Positions 58,901 to 64,000 of a stretch of DNA of 64,000 bases are shown piece after piece; the first letter of the stretch is position 1; each line of letters starts with the position of its first letter. The stretch is taken from positions 23,060 through 87,059 of the IMG/VR virus record IMGVR_UViG_3300009081_000001; one strand, given 5' to 3'. The notes beneath the pieces were generated by a model, which ran no database searches, was not told the origin of the DNA, and worked only from the letters and a program-made list of their open reading frames with translations. The translations under genes were made by a program, and so were the position numbers. Source of the DNA: a virus.

Positions 58901-61900
58901 CGGGTTGAGCCATCCCCGCAATCTTCGTGAGTGCCGCAAGCTGCTGCTGTTGGGGCTTGTCCAACGGCCCCGCTTTCCCTGCTGCCTCTAGTCCCTCAAG
59001 CGTTCCCCTATGCCCACGTAACACTCCCCGCGCCCAGGTTCGTGCCTCTTGTGCGGTTGGCTCTAGTGCCTCCACTATCCCCTTGAGTGCAGGAGCAAAC
59101 CTCTTGGCATACTCCTGTAGTTGTGGGTCATCGGCAAGTATCCTGATAGCTTTGTGTGCCCTGGTGAGGTCGTCACCCATAAGGCGCACACCCTCCGACA
59201 ACTGTTGGGTAAGGTTCCCTATGTCCTGTCCTGCTGCCCCAGGCAATCCTTCTGCCATACGGCGGCTCGTTGCCGGTCCAATACCCCGCATGGCTTCAAG
59301 CTGTCGAACGTCGGTGATCTGCTTGCCATACAGACCTTCCATGTTCCTCTTGGTCACGGCTCGGTAGGCTGTCTTTGGTCCCACCCCCTGGATAGTCTGC
59401 AATGATTCCTCTGTCGCCATCTCATTGAACCACTGCATAGCACCTGGCCCTACCTCGGGGAATGGGGTGATCGCTGCCTCAAATACAGTACTAGTATCAC
59501 GCAGCCGCATGGCCTGATATGCTGGCTGCAATCCCTGCATCAGCATTTCCTCGGCCTCTGCCATCTGTGGCGCAAAGAAACTAGACTTGTCCTCGTAGTT
59601 AAGCAAGGTGCCCATACGTTTGGTGACTTGGCTCAGTCGCCTCATGGCTGCACCCTGTTGCTTAGTGAGGGCACCCCGCCCACCAACGATCTCTTTCTGG
59701 TTCGCAAGAAAGACATTGGCCTCTTGCATTAACAGGCCAAGCTCCTCGGAATGCCTCTGTCGAAAGACGGGACGCTTGAACTGCGTAGCCTGCGTGATAT
59801 GCTGCGTGATATTCTGAATTTGCTGTACTGGCTGTTGGCTAGGCGCACGTCCACCAGAGGGTGGTACTGGCGGTGCTGCTGTCGTAACCGGCGGAGAGGG
59901 CGGCTTGCGTCCACCGGGCGGCGTAGACGTTGGCGGTGCCATACCAGCACCCGGAACATCTGATGTGCCACCGCCTGGATGAGCCCGCCGATAACGATCT
60001 ATGGTGTCTTTTAGGGCTGGTTCCTCTTCATCGGACGAAGCGATGAATGAGGCCAGCGCCGTTTCATATTCTTCCTTTGTAGGAGTACCGCGATTTCCGA
60101 CGGAAACAGGAGACAAGACCTGTTGGGTTTGTAGTCGCTCGGGCAAGTCCCAAGGTAGTTCGCGTCCAGATGCGCGAACGGACTCCACCCACTCCTCGAT
60201 GTCGCCACCCTTTGCCATCATGCGAATGGCGGCATCTTGTTGCTCTCGCCCACCAAGAAGATGCTCTGCTACCTCACGCGGAACACCCTTTTCCTGAAAC
60301 GACTGCCATACATCTATCCCTGCTTCTTCCGCACTCTTCTTAACACTTTTGGCCCACTGCCCGCCATAGAAGGTTCCCCAACTGGATTCCTGTGCGAATG
60401 CCTGCGCTGCATCTGCCGGGTTGCCGCCGTAAGCCTTGATAAGCTCTCGGAACACCATCGGCGCGGCACTTAACCCACCCTTCTTTGCTCGGGCAAGGGC
60501 AGAGATAATCTGCTTCCTCTTCCCAAGGGGAGCTAGGCCAGCCGCTGCCTCTGGCGCAGTCATTCGGGCCTGTCCCTTCGGCACACTCACAAGGCCCGCT
60601 GCCACCTGTGTAGCAGCCCACATGACGCCCGGTAGGTTCCTTATGGTTGTGGGACGACCATAGGGATCTTCGCCTTGCTTGGCATACATGCGGTGTGTGC
60701 CCCCCTTGGCCGTGATGGTTGCCAGATCCAGTGCTGCTAATACCTGTTCTGGTGGTGCCCCTGGTCGCTGTGCGGGACCATAGGCCAACTGCAATAGCTT
60801 CTCTGCCGATGCTACCGCTGCCGGGTCTGGTGCCGTTGCCGCCATACGTTGGGGAATGTTGTACACTCGCCCGATGTTGCCCACGTTCTCGGCGCGTTCC
60901 TTTGTCTTAGCAAGCATCTCCTCATCTGAAACAACACGACCAACAGCACCCCTCTTGACCATCTCAATAGCTTCTTGTCGAGAGGGTGATGGTGCTCCTA
61001 CGCCTACATACTCATCCATGATGTTGGCAGCGCCCTGCTCGACGGCCCGCCGCGAAAGAGCCTTGATGGTTCCAGCAGATAACTCTTTGCCACTGGCATC
61101 GAAGTACTTACCATCAATCTTGATTGCCTGGCCTGTCTTCAAGTACCAGTCAATGTCACCGTCGGCGTCGCCCTGGCTTGCCTGCTGGATCTGCGGGCTA
61201 ACAGTTAGGCGCTCCACGTTCATCTTGCGGGCAAGGCCCTCTTCCATGCCGATGTTCACGACTTGCGCCCCAGGATCGTAGCTTGCCTTACCCATCGTAG
61301 GATAGCGAACCACTTGCCCAGTCTCGCCCTCGGGAGAACGTGGATTCAGAACTTCATTTGGGGCAAGGGCCTCGCTAACTGCAACCTTCGCTCCTGTCAC
61401 ATATTCTCTACCTGGCTCAGTACCCATCGCCCGCCGTGTCCACTTCTTACTCTCGGCAAGCTGCCTTTGTATATCTCTCGCGGCGACGATCTGCTCTTTG
61501 GGTATCTCTTCCCCACTCATAACCCGCTGCGCCAATCCGAAGATAGCGGTGTGGTACTTCGATACCTCTTCTCCTTGCTCCGCGCCCGTTGCTGACGTGT
61601 ATTTCAGGGATTCACCCGGCGGTATGATTAACTGCTCTCCCCCACCCTCAAACATGATGGGGGTCTTGCTTAACTCTTCCCCTTGGGCCATGAGCGTTTT
61701 AAGCTGTGCAACAGAGGCACCACCCGCCGCTTGTTGCAACAACTCATTGTAGGGCATCCCATACCCAAGCCGTTCCATGAACTGTCGTGCTACCATGCGC
61801 TGAGGGATAGCCTCGGTCACACCCGCTCCGGTCATCAAGCGCACCGCTGACTCCGCTTCTGCAAGTAGGGGCAGCATTCGCCCACCCAACTCGGAACCAC

Positions 61901-63821
61901 GCAATACCTGTTGGGGTATGGCATACTTACCAGTTGAGTACAGAGCAGCGTTGATAACGTTCTGGTGTGCTCGCTGCCTGCCTGCCCCCGCCCTTCTGTA
62001 ACGCTCTGCTACCTCGGGTTGCATGGCCTGTAGGCTCTGCATCTCACCATAGCTTAGTCTTCCCCGCGTTGGATGGGGCTCCCACATAAAGGACACACCC
62101 GCCGTACCCCGCAATACCTGATACTGCGCCGTGATGTCCCGCATGTAGGGCATCCCCTCTACCTCTCGGGGATTGCCCACCATGACGCCCTGGTAAAGAG
62201 GCAGTTGAGCCTCATGTACTCGGCGCTGCCAGTACATGGTGTCTACCATCTGCTCTGCCCTGGCCCTGAACCGCTCCAATACTGGTCTTGCCAGTTCGCT
62301 GTAGCTTTCTGGCAGCTTACTCACCCCAAGCTCTGCGAGAAGTTCCCTTTGCCTTTCGGGACTGGCCTGACCAAACTCTCCCTTAAAGAACGTATAGGCT
62401 GTTCCTAGCCAGTCCTTTTGTGTAGCGATGTATTGCGGTGGTTCTGCGCCACTGGCAAAAGTGACAGTCTCTGCCAGATTAGTAGCCAGGGCCTGCCCCT
62501 TGTATGCCTCTTTCAGACCGACCGATACCTCAGATATAGGAGCCGTTCGTTCAAGGACAACACGCGCCCCCTCTCCCTTCTCTGGATGCGCGATTGGCCT
62601 TACGTCACGAACTCTATGCCCCCAGTGAGGACTTTGGATAGGCTCAAGGCCGGGACCAAGCTGTACGGGCTGGCCCACTCCCCACTGTTGTCCAACCTTG
62701 ACGGGCTCTGCCCCCTCACCAAACACATTGACGACTTTACGCAAGCCCTCGACTGGCCCAAGGGATTCTTCGATAAAGTGCTGACCTGATGCGCTGACTT
62801 CGCCGCCTAGTACCACGGCCATTCTTACCGGCTGGTAAGTCTGTGTACTGACAGTGCCACCATGAAGAGGCCCGGCGGGCAGCGGATCTCTAACTACCGG
62901 CAAGCCCTGCACGATTAGTTGTTCGTGCTTTCCTAGCTGTTGGAGTCGCTTGGCCTCGCTACCCGGCTTGGCAGTGGTGACATAGCCACCCTCTGTCTTA
63001 CCAAGGTACGTTGCATCCAGCACACCAACTGGGTATGCGTGTTTCCCCTTGCCCTCATAAAGATGTCCCTCTGGCGGGATAGGACCATAGTCGCCCTGCT
63101 CCCAGTCGTCAATGTGGGCACCCAGTAAGTGTTTCTGTCGCTGAAACTCTGGTGTCCGTACCCATTGAGACATAGGCATAGCAGAACGGCCCGCCCTGCG
63201 TTCTTTAGCTTCATGCCCCAACCAACCAGGAGCATAGAACTCTGCCAGTTGCCTCTTTGATTGAGCAAGAGTAGCGCCGGGAAGAGAGGGGAAGTCCTTG
63301 CGGATCTCCTCTGCTGTATGCCCAGTATTCAGGCCCCAGGTTAGAAACTGCTCGTAGTCCGAACCTACGCCACTAGACTGTGCCGATTGCTGAACAGGCA
63401 TGGGCCTTGGGCCTGTGATACGCTGTGGAGATGCGGGCTGTGGGGGCAACTGTGCGGGTGCTTGCCTGCCACTTGACAGAGCGGCCCGCGCCTCTCCCTG
63501 CTGCATGTGAATGACATCGGTAGCACTGTAGCCCAGGCCGTAGAGCCTGTTCATCTCCGTCGCGTTTAACTTCGCCTCTCCACTGGACCGGCGCTCGTCT
63601 CTGTAGGATATGCCCTCTTGGGAGAGGAATGAGATAAGCGCCTCTGGATCGGGAGTCTCGAACCGCTTGATACGCTCGTACTCTGATGTTTGGGTAGGGT
63701 CGTCGGCAAGCGGTTGCTCACTCTTGACGTGAACAACGGTGCTAGTGCCGCCGGGCTGGATGGTAATGTCTACGATCCTCTGTCTTTGTTGCCGTAGATA
63801 CCGCAGTATGTCCGTCGCCAT
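55905..63821 (-). CDS. Giant tape-measure-position virion protein with a putative two-barrel RNA polymerase domain
   Basis: C-terminal half G/A-rich and Q/E/R coiled coil; N-terminal half has VGLKEAYKG (~aa 435-442), GQVVRYPT and QGDADGD (~aa 883-889). Confidence 0.7.
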   Translation of the reverse strand: MATDILRYLRQQRQRIVDITIQPGGTSTVVHVKSEQPLADDPTQTSEYERIKRFETPDPEALISFLSQEGISYRDERRSSGEAKLNATEMNRLYGLGYSATDVIHMQQGEARAALSSGRQAPAQLPPQPASPQRITGPRPMPVQQSAQSSGVGSDYEQFLTWGLNTGHTAEEIRKDFPSLPGATLAQSKRQLAEFYAPGWLGHEAKERRAGRSAMPMSQWVRTPEFQRQKHLLGAHIDDWEQGDYGPIPPEGHLYEGKGKHAYPVGVLDATYLGKTEGGYVTTAKPGSEAKRLQQLGKHEQLIVQGLPVVRDPLPAGPLHGGTVSTQTYQPVRMAVVLGGEVSASGQHFIEESLGPVEGLRKVVNVFGEGAEPVKVGQQWGVGQPVQLGPGLEPIQSPHWGHRVRDVRPIAHPEKGEGARVVLERTAPISEVSVGLKEAYKGQALATNLAETVTFASGAEPPQYIATQKDWLGTAYTFFKGEFGQASPERQRELLAELGVSKLPESYSELARPVLERFRARAEQMVDTMYWQRRVHEAQLPLYQGVMVGNPREVEGMPYMRDITAQYQVLRGTAGVSFMWEPHPTRGRLSYGEMQSLQAMQPEVAERYRRAGAGRQRAHQNVINAALYSTGKYAIPQQVLRGSELGGRMLPLLAEAESAVRLMTGAGVTEAIPQRMVARQFMERLGYGMPYNELLQQAAGGASVAQLKTLMAQGEELSKTPIMFEGGGEQLIIPPGESLKYTSATGAEQGEEVSKYHTAIFGLAQRVMSGEEIPKEQIVAARDIQRQLAESKKWTRRAMGTEPGREYVTGAKVAVSEALAPNEVLNPRSPEGETGQVVRYPTMGKASYDPGAQVVNIGMEEGLARKMNVERLTVSPQIQQASQGDADGDIDWYLKTGQAIKIDGKYFDASGKELSAGTIKALSRRAVEQGAANIMDEYVGVGAPSPSRQEAIEMVKRGAVGRVVSDEEMLAKTKERAENVGNIGRVYNIPQRMAATAPDPAAVASAEKLLQLAYGPAQRPGAPPEQVLAALDLATITAKGGTHRMYAKQGEDPYGRPTTIRNLPGVMWAATQVAAGLVSVPKGQARMTAPEAAAGLAPLGKRKQIISALARAKKGGLSAAPMVFRELIKAYGGNPADAAQAFAQESSWGTFYGGQWAKSVKKSAEEAGIDVWQSFQEKGVPREVAEHLLGGREQQDAAIRMMAKGGDIEEWVESVRASGRELPWDLPERLQTQQVLSPVSVGNRGTPTKEEYETALASFIASSDEEEPALKDTIDRYRRAHPGGGTSDVPGAGMAPPTSTPPGGRKPPSPPVTTAAPPVPPSGGRAPSQQPVQQIQNITQHITQATQFKRPVFRQRHSEELGLLMQEANVFLANQKEIVGGRGALTKQQGAAMRRLSQVTKRMGTLLNYEDKSSFFAPQMAEAEEMLMQGLQPAYQAMRLRDTSTVFEAAITPFPEVGPGAMQWFNEMATEESLQTIQGVGPKTAYRAVTKRNMEGLYGKQITDVRQLEAMRGIGPATSRRMAEGLPGAAGQDIGNLTQQLSEGVRLMGDDLTRAHKAIRILADDPQLQEYAKRFAPALKGIVEALEPTAQEARTWARGVLRGHRGTLEGLEAAGKAGPLDKPQQQQLAALTKIAGMAQPAMAMGEGGGILGRLGAIDTQQARTELELQAAGGAATGGRGRAARGLMGDFLSEFSIGGAAIRMAVVSRYTKGVVGGWEQAAEPYEMAGMQFGLAYGQSYEDVMQGSMGQMMQYQAAQRSFQMGLGTSALQQRAGFLGMMGVEPTFQMGQALGGVGGPLLSGLGAGLTTGIAATTAGSLLTAGGVGFGATVTAAAAPLALGVGGLVATGAMAGQSYAASDLPSLQREYAEIQAGEREKPSLWSRVGYGFRQLFSEGGVEALITGDQEKGGYGKEVQAGLAAYKQSAQFQIDTASITLENLDKLNLDPAQARELGVLLSLGGYTPEQISGGQAQQAINRLAPMAQLGQAGAYTSSIERFAGYLGIAPGKGIQPFLTELPTQAQPAEQAQWMMAAQLLGSAGGQAGITPGLGMVEQYADWLGSGVSTTQLNLAARERMGLGGIGQTLGVPAGFSSAFAKMLEPSTAGFSARPATPGDVGGLPGMPVYDQPVYGSAQLSAEQYMKMQSLTQFGMSQQGYNMMAGGYGLGSGLSALFNAYEEGPGAPTGPALMDQYGYSYGQMERRALNRQQLGLSRRQTQASWEYQQTQNQFQMGTGEWGGQSSVGWGFGMTGQIQIQQDLMEFTKAIRAITHQMTDLQRQQTMKGIEFQERGLELSTRQSLENLGMSRRTWQEGIQFQRVQMGVQFGQMETQQGWQMQDMAYNRQMAGFQHEYQQDELERSIRLSTGREKQGLLRRREYQEEMYSRTEDRRGVEEERAKQVMEWERQKFSLQKEHFERTTQLQEMQFRMQERHILERYALEKEQIEQRKKDYTAIWALEDERRKLQEAWEDRQQQYQLEELQRQKKYYEEVVFPYQQKQHDFQLEGLALQEKGMKLQEGIEDAHAKYMAWQIKQYSAGGDLYDRVMAFIDEILAKLGSGPTAADEQTWSETPPEIPGYNAPYPNKQASSNDLAAALFAGLQGASMKLVLDDGKTFDAHIETVQESADFRRKQAGSWGVPWK

Positions 63822-64000
63822 TAGCCCATCTTCTCCCTATACACCATACCGGCCAGGTCTACCATCTCCCAGGTCCAGTCAGGCTGATCGTACAATCCAC
63901 CCTCTGCCAGAAGATGACCGGGCCACCGTTGCAGCTCAAACCACAAAGAAAGGTAAGGGGGCGGGACCGGGCGCTTCATCTTCTCTATGTTCACACCCTG
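63821..64000 (-). CDS. C-terminal part of a tail-assembly-chaperone-position protein
   Basis: My translation ...LAEGGLYDQPDWTWEMVDLAGMVYREKMG*; TAATG overlap with the next gene. Confidence 0.5.
   Translation of the reverse strand, partial: QGVNIEKMKRPVPPPYLSLWFELQRWPGHLLAEGGLYDQPDWTWEMVDLAGMVYREKMG

Larger units (their letters stand above)
1066..60107. repeat. Dispersed 15-bp palindrome ATTTCCG(A/T)CGGAAAT, at least 37 copies
   Basis: 15-mer starts: 1066,3855,4830,5611,6198,7349,8291,8655,9751,10170,10398,10681,11960,13077,16682,17400,19179,20856,24108,27100,27524,30909,33470,36122,36736,38577,40362,40428,41646,44988,45852,46826,50367,52856,55382,55937,60093. Confidence 0.95.
1..64000. mobile_element. 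Temperate tailed phage / prophage genome segment (Caudoviricetes-like)
   Basis: Tail and tape-measure module, holin, serine integrase, XRE repressor, SSB, DnaB, dense short ORFs with strong Shine-Dalgarno sites; no host housekeeping genes seen. Confidence 0.93.

Noticed and set aside
1066-60107. Palindrome as canonical parS, Noc site, REP or CRISPR repeat
   Set aside because: It differs from parS (TGTTTCACGTGAAACA), has a 3-bp rather than 2-bp centre compared with the Noc site, is dispersed rather than arrayed, and no ParB-like gene was recognised in the window.
1-64000. tRNA/rRNA genes, capsid, portal, terminase large subunit, and a firm host assignment
   Set aside because: None was recognisable by eye; head genes probably lie outside the window. 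The LexA-type box and strong SD sites only hint at a Gram-positive-type or Chloroflexi host.

Overview
A 64-kb segment of a temperate tailed phage (or prophage) genome. No host housekeeping genes, rRNA, tRNA or CRISPR array were seen. Left end (<1-5015, minus strand): glycan-modification genes (UDP-glucose/GDP-mannose dehydrogenase, sulfotransferase, GT2) and small ORFs. 5.1-5.8 kb: non-coding, highly self-complementary region between divergent sigma70 promoters. 5.9-44.9 kb (mostly plus strand): early/replication region with many short ORFs, a WYL protein, SSB, an XRE repressor/RHH switch, a TopoVI-A/Toprim-like protein, a DNA methyltransferase, a RecU-like resolvase, a replication initiator with iterons and a nested gene, DnaB, a Cas4-like nuclease split by one TAG, an HNH-like protein, a large serine integrase and an AAA ATPase. 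45-64 kb (minus strand): holin, phosphoesterase, tail genes and a 2638-aa tape-measure-position protein. Three signals stand out. (1) A stand-alone Cas7/RAMP-like gene and a partner gene are followed by a 372-bp array of GGY-NN pentamers cut into units by GGCA steps, a candidate non-CRISPR RNA-guided system. (2) The tape-measure-position protein carries two-barrel RNA polymerase motifs (K..KG, RxP, DxDGD). (3) The palindrome TTTCCG(A/T)CGGAAA occurs at least 37 times across the window, including inside genes. All calls come from reading motifs by eye; no database searches were run.
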